NCBI RefSeq assembly: GCF_009914755.1
Contig: NC_060930.1
Length of the DNA stretch: 64,000 nucleotides
Source: the human T2T-CHM13v2.0 reference genome, Homo sapiens
Reading direction: 5' to 3' (one strand)
A program made the translations under genes and the position numbers. The notes beneath the pieces were generated by a model. That model had not been told where the DNA came from. It did no database searches and saw nothing but the letters and a program-made list of their open reading frames with translations. This document shows positions 41,665 through 57,278 of this stretch, in pieces (position 1 is the stretch's first letter; each line of letters opens with the position of its first letter).

Positions 41665-42771
41665 TCATTGGCTATTAAGGATATGGTATTATTAATACTT
41701 AATGGACTTTTTCATTGACTTCATAAGAAAACATAGTATTGCAGTTTGTGTTTGAAGTACGCCATATCATTTAGGGAAAGAAAATAAAAAGTTGGTTTAT
41801 GTCATTTTATAAAGAAAATTCCACCATTTCAAACAGCCTTTTAATCTAAATTAAGCTAGAATTAAACTATTTGAGGAGTGATTTGCTTGTTCCATAGATA
41901 ATACTTGGGTACTATTTTATTGTTCTAGTGTAATTTTTCTTTGAGATATTCTACTTTTTATTCTACAACATCGAGGTTGCTTTGGTCAGGGGAAAAAGGC
42001 TAAAAACATACAGATGACGTACGATAATAAGAATGCAAACATTATAGGAACATTAATCATGTAAATAGTTCAGCAAATATCTGTACCCTCACAGCTCATT
42101 TGTTCTTTTTGCTGTGTTTTATATCACTGTATTATGATAAACTATGGTTTCACATCAATCATCTGCAATTGGATTATAGCTGTACTGCAATTTGCTTAAT
42201 TGGTATCAAAGCAAAAATTATGCTGTACTGGACAGGTTGTTAACAAAATGTAACAAAGGGAGAAAAATGTCGTCTCTAGCAAATCTGAACATCACATTAT
42301 AATGCTATTCCTATGAAGGCAAGTGGATTGGTTTTAAATGTCATGATGAATAATTAGGAACTGTGAGCATGATCTGTGATCATTCAGAAAGTATTCTGTA
42401 AAAATGCTATACACTTCTGGCTAGAAACCTTGAATTTTTAAATCACTTATTAAGAAAAAATACTAAAGAAAAGAGATAATATTGTACATCAAAAGTAGAA
42501 GTTAAGTTTTCCTGCCTTGGAAGCAAAAGGGCATTTTTTTTAAAAACTTAATCATTTAAAATGAATGTACTTACCCCAAGATGAACAAAAGCCACATTTT
42601 TCATAATCAAAATTCAAATTTCTATCCACTTTGAAATGTAATTTAAAAAGCTAGCAGCTGATTTGAACATGGCCATATTCTAGTTGGATTCTTGACCCCT
42701 TTTTACATCAAACAATTTCAAGAAGAATTATTAAAATGTGCTAATTGGGTGAGGATACAGACTTTCAAAGG

Positions 42772-42780
<9 letters not shown>

Positions 42781-42802
<22 letters not shown>
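42781..42802. repeat. (CA)11 microsatellite
   Basis: Read directly. Confidence 0.97.
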
Positions 42803-43162
42803 AATATACATATATTTATGCCTACATCTCTCTACTCATGTTCATTTAAACATAAAGCATAAAACCAGCTTTCTAAAATTTACTTGAAAATGGAATATCA
42901 GATCTGAAAATAAAATAATAGATGTCTCATATGTAAATATAATTATTTATAATAAGTGCTATCTAAGTATATTTTCAAAGCCTAATTTTAAAATAAAATA
43001 TGCTCCTTCATCAGTGAGTAGTAGAGAAAGGAGATGTAGAAATCAGCTTAGGGACACCTGAAATCAACTTGTATTTTAAAATGGAAAAGGTAATTCATAA
43101 AATTGTATGTCTTACATAAAGCTAATATTATTGTGAGGTGCGTTATATACCTTATGACGTAT

Positions 43163-44001
<839 letters not shown>

Positions 44002-44354
44002 ATATGATTTTACATAAACATTCTGTTTAGCATATGCCTGCATTCAAGTAGACAAATACAAGTCTGTGGAAACAAATGTAAGCACCCCTGTTTCTTTGAT
44101 GAGTAATAGCTGAGCTTACAGGGCTTTGTGCTATTTCATTTGACAAATTTAAAAAGAGCATCACTGATTCATTAAATATTATGGCCAAAAGAGAATTTTG
44201 AGATCTTTTACCTCAACCTTAACATGCTGTTCAAAATGTCAATCAAAATGTATTTAAATACATTATAGATGAAGTTTTTATCAAGCTGAAGCTTGTTAAA
44301 AGCTCCAAATTAAGCAGGTCTTATGATGATGTACATACACATCCAGGTACGTAT

Positions 44355-44545
44355 TAGTCATTCTCAATCTCAGCTTCATATTAGAATCATCTGAGTTTTT
44401 TAAAATGCCCGTTCCTGAGCTCCTTACCCCCAGAGAGTTGATTTAATTTGCTCAGCTGAAGTCTCATCATCAGTATATTCTAAAACTTACCATCAGTGTA
44501 TTTCTAAAGCATACACTAATTATCAGACAGGGTTGAGGACCACTG
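44355..44545. mobile_element. MER5A1-like MITE
   Basis: TAGTCATTCTCAA...ATTAGAATCATCTG...CCCCAGAGA.TTGATTTAATT...GGGTTGAGGACCACTG. Confidence 0.7.
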
Positions 44546-44779
44546 ACCCATATGGATCATATAAGTAGTCATTGTTAGAAGGAGATATCAAAATGCAAAT
44601 GCAAAATGTCAAAAATGAGCAAAGTCTATTTCCAAGTTAAAATAAACTGTTAATACTGCAAACCTGATTCACACATGTAAATTTGTATAAACAGTTCTTT
44701 GCATGTTTATTAAATGAATCATTATACATACATAGTTTTAAATTTTAAATTAAGGCTATTTTACATTTCTATGACATTG

Positions 44780-44980
44780 AGGTTGTTAAAAACTACTTTA
44801 CAAACATTAATTGTGCTTCACAATATTCTTATAAGCTACATATTATTATTTTTGTTTTACAAATGGGAAAACACAGGCATGAAGAGGCTAACCTAATTGC
44901 CCACAGTAATCCAACTAATAAATGTTAGAGGTGAGGAAACAAGGAAAGGTTTCTAGTTCTTAATTTTCTTATCTACTAAA
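44780..44980 (-). mobile_element. MIR SINE
   Basis: TTTTACAAATGGGAAAACACAGGC..AGAGGCTAA..AATTGCCCACAGT reverse MIR core. Confidence 0.65.
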
Positions 44981-45106
44981 GTTTTCCATAGAGGTGGAGA
45001 AGGGACAAACCCTGCAAAAATATTTTAAATTTTGTGCTTTATTTTTAGAAAGACACTCTGTCATAATCCATACACATTTATCATGTGGCTTCTATGCATA
45101 GAATAC

Positions 45107-45580
45107 TGTGAAAGGAAAATAAATCTTTGGGTCCCCAAAATCACTAACCTAAAGGGAAAAGTCAGGCTGGGAACTGCTTGGGGCAAACCTGCCTCACATT
45201 CTATTCAAAGTCACCCCTCTGCTCACTGAAATAAATGCATATCTGGTTGCCTCATTTGGAGAGGCTAGTCAGAAACTCAAAAGAATGCGACCATTTGTCT
45301 CTTACCTACCTATGACCTGGAAGGCCCCTCCTCTCTTGGAGTTGTCCCACCTTCACCTCGGGTTGTCCCACCTTTCCAGTCTGAACCAATGTGCATCTTA
45401 CACATATTGATTGATGTCTCATGTCTTCCTAAAATGTATAAAACCAAGCTGTGCCTCTAGCCACCTTGGGCACATGTCGACAGGACCTCCTGGGGCTGTG
45501 TCACAGGTGCGCAACCTCAAATTTAACAAAATAAACTTTCTAAATTAACTGAGACCTGTCTCAGATTTTCAGAGTTCACA
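45107..45580 (+). mobile_element. MER4A1 5' LTR
   Basis: TGTGAAAGGAAAATAAATCTT...GTTCACA; TATAAAA 45437-45443, AATAAA 45530-45535. Confidence 0.93.
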
Positions 45581-45583
45581 TTT

Positions 45584-45601
45584 TGGTAACCATGGAGGGT
45601 T
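45584..45601 (+). promoter_or_regulatory. Primer-binding site, probably tRNA-Arg(TCG)
   Basis: TGGTAACCATGGAGGGTT, 3 nt after the LTR; 16/18 to TGGTAACCACGGAGGGAT, the complement of a recalled tRNA-Arg-TCG 3' end. Confidence 0.7.
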
Positions 45602-47496
45602 TCTGAGTGAAGATGCCCTGACCCTTGATAAATCTCCTGTTGGTGCTTGGTACCAGCATGAGCTAACTTTATGGCCCAAACCAATAGGACACCTGGCTGA
45701 GGTCTGGGAGCACCCCCTCGAGAGAATCCCTGGTTTCCCAAAATTTGGTCAAGACCTGAAGTTTATTTTGCTTTATAATTCCTTTTTTTTCTTTTGGAGT
45801 TTTAGTTGCTTCCAACAAGGAAGGCAAAATTTCCTGTTTCCGTGATGATCAAAGGCAGGTAACCCCTTTATGGAGTTTGAGTTCACTCACAGCAAGAAAG
45901 ATGAGTTTGTTTTTTTGTTTTGTTTCTGGTTGTTTTTTCCCTGCTTCTAGGATGGTAGAAAGCAGTCTTCAGCCTAAGACCCATTCCTAGGTAAGTAGCC
46001 TAATTGGGGTAGTATTAATTTATTCTTTTCATTAGGGTGCTCAGTGATCATATTATTGGGGTTTTGTTGTTGTTGCTGCTGCTGTTGTTTGTTCTAGTCT
46101 TTCCCCCATCAGATTTGACCAACTTTATCTGACTTGGTCAAATTGGAATGAGAATTCCAAATTATGGGTATCAAAGCCGCTCTAATTTGGCCAAAATTCC
46201 TTGCAGCTGCAAAAGAGGAAACAAAAACAAAAACATGCTGTTGGTTTCTGTCTTTGCTTTCTGTCTTAAAAACAAAACAAAACAAAAGTTCTTTCATTTA
46301 CTTTTCTTCCACCCTATACCTTCTTCCCCCTTTGCCATCTGTAGTACCAAAAAATCTAGAGAAGGCTTCTAGTGATTTGAACCCCTTTAAAGAGTTCAGA
46401 ACAAAGATGCCACTCACCGCTTTTGGGGTGTTCTGTTTACTGTGTGGATTTTCAAGAGTCATAGGCAGGTTCTTCTTAGGTCTAAAGTTCGGTTTTCCTG
46501 TATTGCATGACCTGAACTCTTTGATTTTGAGACTACCAGAGATTACATTGTTCTGTGAGAGGATTTGACCTTGGCACGTGTAATGGTGCATGACAGCTGC
46601 AAAGTAGGAGTGGCAGAGCACAGTTTACAGGAAGTGGTCTTGGCTGTTGTTATTGTTGTTGTTTTTCTCCTAGGCAATTGTTGTTTAAGGATCCGAATTC
46701 TAGTTCGGAGATGCATTCTAAGGGGTTTTCTCCCCTTACTTTTTCTCCCCAAATTAATCTCCATTCAGCTTGTCTGTGCACATTTGCATGAGGAACTGAA
46801 CTGTTGCTTTCATAGGTAAATGAAAGACTGAGTTTTTTCAGCTCTGAAGACAAAAGGCATTTGCTTCTCCCAGATGAAAGGTGACCTCCAGTGACATGCA
46901 GCAGCCCTACAAGGAAATCCCCAACAAAAATTAGTTTTAAACAAAGAGTCATTCAGGAAACACATATATGGGCTAATCACCTGGCATGTTGAGCCCTCTC
47001 AGAATTCATTGACGTCTGGAAAGAGAAACTGAGTCAAGTAAGAGGGTGTAAATGACTCAACGGCAGCACACTGTGGAGTCCTGCACACAAGCAGCACAGG
47101 TCAATCTACTACACAAAATTCCTAGGCCACAGCTCAGTTCCTCATTTTAAGAAAAAAAAAGTGGAAAACAAATAATCTAAGAATAAGGAGAAAACAAGGA
47201 AAATTACCCCCATTCAAGCACTGCATAGGTTTTATGGCACTTCTACTTGCCAGGGTTTATGTAAAATGGAAGTAATATGGTCTTTGTGCATATTTACATT
47301 AAGGAAAAAGCCCTAAGGTCAACCTGCAAACTGTAGAGTTCCTAAGTCCTCTTTTTCTCTATTTTTTTTCTTTTCTACCTGCTTTAACTCTGCTATTTTT
47401 CTATTAAAATAAAAACCACTTTTTAAACCCAACAGGTTCTTTTTGCAACCTGGCAAATTTGTATTTATCTCATGGCTAAGGTTCTGAAGTAAAAGC

Positions 47497-47542
47497 TATA
47501 GGATCTTATAGGATCCTATAGGATCTTACAGGATTTTATAGG
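47497..47542. repeat. 10-bp tandem repeat (TATAGGATCY) x4.6 in MER4-int
   Basis: TATAGGATCT TATAGGATCC TATAGGATCT TACAGGATTT TATAGG. Confidence 0.9.
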
Positions 47543-47885
47543 TGTATGTATACACTTAAAAGGCCTTTATAAGTTACATAATTTTATGTTCTAGCACACG
47601 AGGCTTTTTCTCTCCATATCTTATAATGTATCTACAAAATGTACTTCTACCAGTATACCTAATATGTCTATGTGTTTATATGTTATGGATACAATGTTTC
47701 ACTACTGAAAATACATAAAAGAGCTCTAATTAATTGGCTTAAGAACATAAAAGTGCTTAAATCAAATACTTTATCAGAAAAAAAAGAACTAGTCAAATAC
47801 TTTTTCAAGTTTATGTAACAAGTAAAATCTTTAATAAATAAATTAGCTTTAAAATTATTGGTAAAGTATATTAGAAATCTCGTAA

Positions 47886-48244
<359 letters not shown>

Positions 48245-49094
48245 TTGTTTGCATTTATCAATCAAGCAATTTTACACTTATCCCTGCCAAATACTATATG
48301 ACGTCAAAATTTGGCATAGGGGTTACAAAACTATAAACCTGGCCCCAAACAGAATGATCTTTGTCTGTATAATTTTTAATAAAGAAAACATTGACATTGG
48401 TTTAATAAAAATACCTATGTCTTGAATTTAGTAAGACTATCATAACTTCTAATCTTGTGGATTTAGGTGGTCTAGTCCACAGGAAGTAAGGTTTGTTTTA
48501 GAAAGGGACTGTTACTGACTGTGTTTCAGAGCTAAACTGTAAACTAAGTTCCTCCCAAAGTTAGTTCAGCCTACACTCAGGAATGAACAAAGACAGCTTG
48601 GAGGTTAGAAGCAAGATGGAGTCAGTTAGGACAGATCATTTTCACTGTCTCAGTTATACTTTTGCAATGGTGGTTCCATAACTTAAAATGATGACTATTG
48701 CAGTTTTCATAAAAAATCTAAATGATTAAAATAAAATACTTAGGTAAATGTAATGGGATAAATACATGTAGACAAACTCATCATAATTTAGAATCTACAG
48801 TTATAATGAATTAAATAATAAATACTTTATTATTTGGATATTTCCAATAAAAATATATTTGTAGGAAAACATTCGAAAACATTCTTTACAAAAAAAAGTG
48901 TTCCTTTTAAAAAGGCAAATAATTTTTGTCTGATTCAAAATTTATTTAAAGGTTATTTACGAAACAAGGTCAAAGGAACCAGGAAATAAGAGAGATGTAA
49001 AGAAAGATTTTTTTTGTAAGAAAGCCTAAAGAGATATAATTTTATATGAGAAAGAATCTAGGATGGTAGTTTTAGTCCTAGAATAAATGACTGG

Positions 49095-49424
<330 letters not shown>

Positions 49425-50660
49425 ATAAATGACTGGTTGTTTAAGAAAGAAGGATGCCCTCTGTTAATTCATTTTCAGTTCATGTGAGTTTTTTCCTCGA
49501 GTTCTGTTTGTTGTGGCCTAATGCTAACAATGTGTTTTCTTGAAGGTCTAAGGGAAATGTTTTCTTCCAGCATAATTCTGTGCAGTGCAGAAGGTCTTTT
49601 CTTTTGTCTTTTGGTAACTGACCTAACAGATTTTACATTTTATCAAAACAATGCCTATACTATTATTATTAAATTTTGGATTGCTTAGGAAAAAATTGAG
49701 ATAAAATAATTATAAATTAAGGTTATTATACCAATGTATCTTTCTGTAGGTGCTTTTAAAGTACTTGTTACATTATGTTACAGGGCTTTGACTCCTGGGT
49801 CTATAAAGGACACCAAGTCCTGCTAAATCTTAAACACTGACAGCAATTAAAGCCTCATATTCAGGCCCAGTAGAAGATGCCAATCAAAATAAACTGTATT
49901 TCTGAGACACAGAGCCAGAAGTTAAAGCTATTCAACTCCTCAAACCCAGGACTATTGCAGAAGAGGTAGGTGTGTGAGATTGTAAGAGCCAATTTTGAGA
50001 GATAAGTAAGTAAAATTTCTCTAAAAATTAATCATTAATGTCAAGGGCACACTGATAAAAGACCAGCACATGGGCCCCTATGTCAGGTTAACAAAGTTTT
50101 GTCAAAACATTAGCCAAGTCCTTAATAAAGATGATTAAGGTTATAAAAGGCTTATGGAAGTCATATCTCATGGTCAAGATTAAAATTTTATGGATTGTTT
50201 ATATAATTTTGAAAAACTAATTGAATTTAATTAATGTTGTTTTTATAAGGCATTATTGTTTGGAAAATTATGTCTCCTTGCCCAAAGAATGAAGGTTTTC
50301 ACCTTTTTGTGAAATCCTTGAGTTATCACTTTGGTCAAATGAATAACACATTTTAGAATGACCTATAATATCAAGTGTTTCAAACCTTTAATATTTAACA
50401 AACTTTCCAAAATCAAATTATAAGTTATGTCTTTTTCTAACCTAATGAATCCTTTAAGATATTAGGTTCCCTAAATTCCAAAAATGACATAATTTGGCTT
50501 ATTTGATATAAAAATTATACAGGAAACATTGTCAAATATGAAATGGGGTTTAGGTTTTTTTGGCTGTATTTGTATAAATGTTATTTATATGTGTTCCAAA
50601 ATTTTGGGAAACTCCTATAATTCTAATATAACTTAGTGTATATTATCATTAATAATTATA

Positions 50661-50948
<288 letters not shown>

Positions 50949-52568
50949 AATAATAATAATTTTATGTTAAATTATTGTGTGCCACAGAGGTAACAAATTT
51001 CCTTGTCAATTGTGTCCTTGACTATGGCTGCCCTGAAACTTTTTGTCATCCATGGACAATTGTTGTCTTGTTTTGGTCCTCTTTAGAAGATGGTTTTGTA
51101 ATCAGCTTTTCAACTCTAACAGGTTCTCCTGAATACAAGTTTCTGATAACTTTGGAGATTGTGACATCAGACTAGAATAAAAACTTTTAGGACTCATGGA
51201 GAACTGAAATGTTCATGAATGTCAAACAGAACAGGAATAAACTACATGGACTATACCAATAGAAGACTGAAGCAATCTTTTTACTTTTTGCTTAAAATGT
51301 TGCTAATCCTTTGTTTTGTTTTTTTCAGAGTCAAGGAAACTTTTCTTTTGAGCTATCGATAGCTTTCAACAATTTAGTATACTCCTATGAATGAAATTTA
51401 GAACATACTTGTTTCTCTCCATCTGATTTCTCCAGAATTTGGAAACTATTTGTGAGTATTCGTAACTTATGGCAGTACAGTTATTTGCATAAGTGCAATA
51501 AGAATCTGTTTTCATTTATAACAGGACACAATTGGAGTAACTGGTTATTTTACCAAGGCTTTGACTGGAATGTTGTGCTTTCCTTTAAAGAATCAAACTT
51601 GGCTTATGGAGCCAATAAAAGCCCCTTGGGAAAACTGGCCTCATACCTTGTCTACACAGTCCCTGTACAGGGTTCCTGATCTGTAGTAAGTAAAGAATGT
51701 CACTTTCTAACAGGCCCAGTAAGCTCCAGTTTATCTTGGAGCCTCAAGAGGAGAGGAAATGCACCCAACTCATAGGTATTTGATGGTACAAATCCATGGC
51801 TGGGCTCAGCTTTAAAAAAGTCTTATCTGAGATTCCTTGTATGGAACAAAGTTCCATCAAAGCCAATTTAAAAGCCTATTTAAAGAAAAAAATAATTATT
51901 ATTGCTGCACTGTATACAAATAATCAAGCTAAGTATAATAAAGCAAATCAGCCCTACCATGATTTGTCTTTAGTAAAAATGAGAAACTGGAGAGAGATAA
52001 AATTATGTTTCAAAAATTATAGTGCACCTGTTGATAGAGTCTAGTCTTGCCTATTGTTTTTCAATTTTTATTGTTTTCTACAGTTTGGACTGAATTATAA
52101 TTTTTCTTGGCTACAAGTCTTCAAAACAATGTTTTCAGTTTTTTTCCTTCCTTTTTCCCCCATTTTTGCTAACTTGGAGTCACCAAACACTAAGCTGTGC
52201 TTCCATAAAGCCCTGGGAGCTGAAGCTAGACAACTTAAACTTCAGAAGAAAGTAACAGCAACCTATTTACATACATAAGCCACTTTCATACCTGCCTACT
52301 AATGTATGGACTTCAGAATAATGTGGCCTATATCAATTTTCCAGGATTATTCTTCTGTTTGTTGTTGTTTCTCTCCCTTCTTCCCCCTATTTTCTCTTCA
52401 TAGGACATGAGACTTCACAACCTGGTAAAAATGAACTTTCCTAATAACTCAGGACCTACCCGCCTGGGAATTGATCATCCTAGCCATGAGAGATCAGACA
52501 AAACCTGAGACCAGAGACTCATTTTCACCTAAAACACTTGCTCCAAAAGATTTTTTTAAGTGGGGAAA

Positions 52569-53049
52569 TGTGGAAGGAGAATATAACTTTGGGGCCCCAA
52601 AATTACTAAGTCAAAGGGAAAAGTCAAGCCGGGAACTTCTTAGGTAAAACCTGCCTCCCATTGTATTCAAAGTCACCCCTCTGCTCACTGAGATAAATAC
52701 ATTTATCTGATTTCCTCATTTGGAGAGGCTAATCAGAAACTCAAAAAAATGCAGCCATTTGTCTCTTATCTACCTACAACCTGGAAGCCCCCTCATTGCT
52801 TAGAGTTGCCCCACCTTTGCCTCAAACTGTCTCACCTTTTCAGAATGAACAAATGTACATCTTACATCTTACACATATTGATTGATGTCTTATGTCTCCC
52901 TGACATTTATAAAACCAAGCTGTGCCCCTACCACCTTGGACACTTGTCCTCAGGACCTCCTGAGGCTGTGGCATGGGCATGCATCCTCACCTTGGCAAAA
53001 TAAACTTTCTAAACCAACTGAGACCTATCTCAGATTTTAGGGGATCACA
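52569..53049 (+). mobile_element. MER4A1 3' LTR, preceded by polypurine tract AAGTGGGGAAA
   Basis: Colinear with 45107-45580; AATAAA 52999-53004; ends GATCACA. Confidence 0.93.
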
Positions 53050-53179
53050 ATACCAAGCCAGGCACATATTACATGGAACAATCCAGGACCAAGAACCTTC
53101 GTTCTAAATATAGAGCTAAGAAATTTTGTCTGAGGTGAGCACATTCAAAGCATAGAACCATACAAATATCACATGTGCT

Positions 53180-53720
53180 AAAAGCTGAATGTGTGATAAA
53201 GAAAGAAAAGAATGAGAATTCAGAGGTGATTTTTGGAAAAGTTTAAAATCAAATTGGTGTAAAGACAAAAAAATTGAGGCAGAAATATGTATAATATGTT
53301 TGGAAACAATTGTTTTATTCCTTTCTATCTCAGTATCCATGGAGGAGAGTGTGGATGATGAAGTTTGGAAATGTGGTAAAGATGAAAAGACTGAGTAGCA
53401 GTCTTAGAACTTCGGATAGCACTCCGTGGGAAAAAGGGAAAACCACTGATAAATTTTAAGTAAAGTGGTTTCAAAGGCAAAGTACTACACAGAAATATTA
53501 ATCTAAAACATAATTTGCAGGATAGATTCAAATGGGAAAAGCAAGAGGCAAGGAGACCAATTAGGACATGAATTGTTCAGTGAGATGGAGAAGAACCCAG
53601 TCAATTACAGCAAATGTGGGAATAGTAAGAAACATGGGAATTAGCAAGACCTCTGAAAGAAACATTAAAAGACTTCATAAATAACTGAATGAAGAAGGCT
53701 TTGGAAAATAACTTAAAGGT
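53180..53720 (-). mobile_element. L2 fragment
   Basis: GGGAAAACCACTGATAAATTTTAAG, GAGGCAAGGAGACCAATTAGGA: reverse L2 motifs. Confidence 0.5.
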
Positions 53721-53789
53721 GACATACACCTGTCAGCATAAGAATGCTCTTTATATCTAGCTAAGTCTTGAATGAATTTTGTGATGTAA

Positions 53790-54510
53790 ACCTCCCTGTA
53801 ACATGTGGTAATAGCCTCAATAGCAGCCCCTTTCCTATTACAATGGCCCTAATTACTAGAAAGCTTATTCTGTTAGGCAAAAATTTCACCCTAATGTAAC
53901 TTTTATCCATTGGTTCTAGGGTTGTTCTTATATCACTCTAACTCATAGACTGGCAATATTTTTCCCCAATAGAGCCAGATAGTAAATATTGTAGGTTATG
54001 CCGGTCATATGGTCACTGTCACAATTACTCAACTCTGCTGGTATTGCATAAAAGTAGCCATACACCATAGAGAAGATGAATGGATGTGACTGTATTCCAA
54101 TAAAACTTTGTTTACAAAATCAGATGGCAGGCTAGTTTTGGCCCAAGGGCTACAGTTTGCTGACCCCTACTCTAGTTAATTATGATGTTTAATATATTTT
54201 AATTGAAGACACACTTATCCCCTCAAACTTCCTATGAAATATTCTCTACTCCAGCCTATATATGGCCAAGTCCTTCGACTATTCCTGGTGATATAATTTT
54301 GAATCATACCTTCATACTTTTCAGCAATGTGTTTATATATTTTTATACGGTGGCACTCACTTTAATAAACCTCTTTTGGAATGGTCAGATAAGCAGAATA
54401 CGGTTGTTGGCCCCATTTTTGTGAACACTATAGTCTACTAACACATTTCAAGACTCAGTTAATAGCCACACTACCCTTTTGACTCATGCATCTGACTAAG
54501 ATCCCTCTCT
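53790..54510 (-). mobile_element. L3/CR1 fragment split by MER58A
   Basis: GCAGCCC..TTCC...TAGAAAGCTTATTC...TGTAACTT..ATCCATTGGTTCTAG and, after the MITE, GCCACACTACCCT.TTGACTCAT resemble reverse L3. Confidence 0.55.
53944..54169. mobile_element. MER58A hAT-Charlie MITE
   Basis: GCCAGATAGTAAATATT...TACTCAACTCTGC...TTCCAATAAAACTTT...AGTTTGCTGACCCCT; 8-bp TSD CTCTAACT / CTCTAGTT. Confidence 0.9.
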
Positions 54511-56461
54511 GCACTTTGAGGAGGTGGGCTGCTATGAAAGGTGCCACCTCTGCTCTCTGGGTCTCTCATTTTTGCAAATTTTGCTCTGTGGGAACAAGGT
54601 GAGTAAAGGTTACCATGTGCTTGGAGCTCTAATAAAGCAGATGAACTGCTCAGTGCCTAATGGATTGGCTCTTTACCCCCAAAAGCCCAGTTCTTATTCT
54701 GTTTCAGATCCTTGATGTTTCCTAGTTCTGCTAATTTCCTCATTGTCCTGTGAGCTGGAAAGGTGCTGTGAAGAAGCAGTCAGTGCAACCAGAGCTCAGA
54801 TTAATCCACATTGGGCTGTGTTTAAACTGGTCTAAGGTAAAGGAGAAATTTTTTGAGACAGGAGGAGTGCCATTCCCATCCCCTGGAAATGATGAACTCC
54901 CTGGAGATTTAGCTCAACGATGTCTGCTATTGTATATTCAGTCTTTGGTTAAAGAGTGGGACTGATAACTACCAATGATCCTTTGTTATATATGCTTTTT
55001 TTTAACTTTGTGCCTTAGTAAAGACCCTCTGAAGAATTGGTGCTGCTACTAAAATCAGCCACTCTTTACCAAATCACCCTTCATAATTGTATCCATTGCA
55101 TTTATCACCAGGTGAACTACCTTATTTGTTCGTTTATTAAGGTACATTCTTTCTCTCTCTGCAATGTTCCTGAAACTGTGTTTGAAGCTAGAAGATCAGT
55201 GGTAAATAAAACCTAGACTTTGCCCTCCAGGATCTAACCTTTTACTGGAGAAGCAAGAGAAACATGAATACAATTATAATATATAATTATTACTAAGGCT
55301 CTTGGTATTAATGTAATGTCCCTGTGCTTTTTGGCATGAACTACTATATAATAACTCCTCTATATTTACTAATAAATTGAACTATGTCTATCCCAATTGT
55401 CAGTTGCTAGGTTACAAGCATCCTAAAACTTGACTTAAAAACCTCTTTATTTTGCTCCTGAACCTGTAATTTGGGTGAGGCTCTGCCTCTGCTCCTTTTG
55501 GTAGCAACTGTGAGAGCTGGAAGGCTGGAATCAAATGAAGGTCTATTCACTCGCATCTAGGGATTGATGCTGACTATTGACAGGGATCTTGGCTGGAGCT
55601 GTTGGCAGGAATGCCTAAATGTGGCTTCTCCATGTGATCTCATCCTACCTCACGACTAATTTCAAAACAGAATATCCCAAGACAGATCTTGGCAGAAACA
55701 GTGGGGCCTTTTTTTAACCTAACCCTATGGTCATGCAGTGAACTGTGCTACCTTCTATTCATTAGGAGAAAGTCACTAAGGTCAGTTCATATTCCAGGGG
55801 AGAGGAAATACTTTGTCATTTTTAGGAAGAGTGTGCACATGATTAAAATCACCATAGTACTTCCTCTATGTACCTCAAATTACTTGCATTACTTACATTA
55901 CTTCAACATAAAGAATATCGTGTCCCCTCAAAAGGCCTCTCAAAAGTCTTTAGAGCATGGGACTCAAGCTTGAGGAACAAGATTTTATCGCCTGTATCGG
56001 GTCCAGGTTTGGATGAGATTCCTTGGATGCAGTTACTTGAATACAGTACCTCAAGTAGTTTCTCTTAATCTGAAAACTTATGAACTACATACAAAAGTTA
56101 TCCAACCCCCTCATATACCCAACATACAATGGTAGGACAGGCATAGGATAACCACTATAGACATGCCCACTCAAAGAAATAAAAGAGCAGAAGGCATACA
56201 GTAGTCACTGGTCCATAGCAATACTGAATTCCAGCAAGACACATTGCCATTTCTAATTTCTGGGGACAGTTATCAAAAATTCTTCATACTGCTCTCTAGG
56301 CTCTGGGCTCCATCCCTTGAGTCATGCTTCCTTTTATGTAAAATACGGCCAGTGCTTCCACCTGAGTACTTTTCTTAGTCCTTTTATTGCCCATAATATT
56401 TCAAGAGTTCAAGGGACTCATTTTACTTTTTAACATCTCTGTCCCTTTTAGTTCAAGCTGA

Positions 56462-56760
<299 letters not shown>

Positions 56761-56992
56761 GCCGATACAATTTTTTAAATAAAAATTATTAGACAAAAGC
56801 TACCTCTTCGAAAAATCTCAAGATAAGTCTTGTTTCACTTAGGTTTCCTGCAGTAGTGCTGTGGGGACAATGCTCTCCAGATTCTTGGAAGACCTTTTGT
56901 CTGTTTGAAAGGGTCTACAAGGCACCCCCTTAAATCTTTCAGGGGTCCTAACAAGGAGTTTTACAGTTAGATCCTTGGTTTTATATCTAGAC

Positions 56993-57278
56993 AAGGGGTC
57001 CCCAATCCCAGGGCCTCAGACCAGTAGTGATCCATGGCCTGTTATAAAGGGGGCTGCACAGCAGGAGGTGAGCGGTGAGTGAGAGAGCATTACAGCATGA
57101 GCTCTGCCTCCCATCAGATCAGCAGCTGCATTAGATTCTCATAGCAGCGCAAACCCTATTGTGAACTGTCTTCACATGCAAGGTTGTGCGCTCCTTATGA
57201 GATGAAGCAGTTTCATCCCGACACCATCCTCTCCCACTTTGCCCCCGTCCATGGTGCCAAAAAGATTGGGGATCACTG
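56993..57278. mobile_element. MER1B hAT-Charlie MITE
   Basis: AGGGGTCCCCAA...GCACAGCAGGAGGTGAGCGG...GCATTAGATTCTCATAG...GGTGCCAAAAAGATTGGGGATCACTG; TSD ATCTAGAC / ATCTAGAT. Confidence 0.92.

Noticed and set aside
46109-46952. Cluster of overlapping 62-134 aa ORFs in the provirus leader as a possible gag
   Set aside because: No matrix, capsid or zinc-knuckle motifs; driven by (CAAAA)/(GTT) low complexity.
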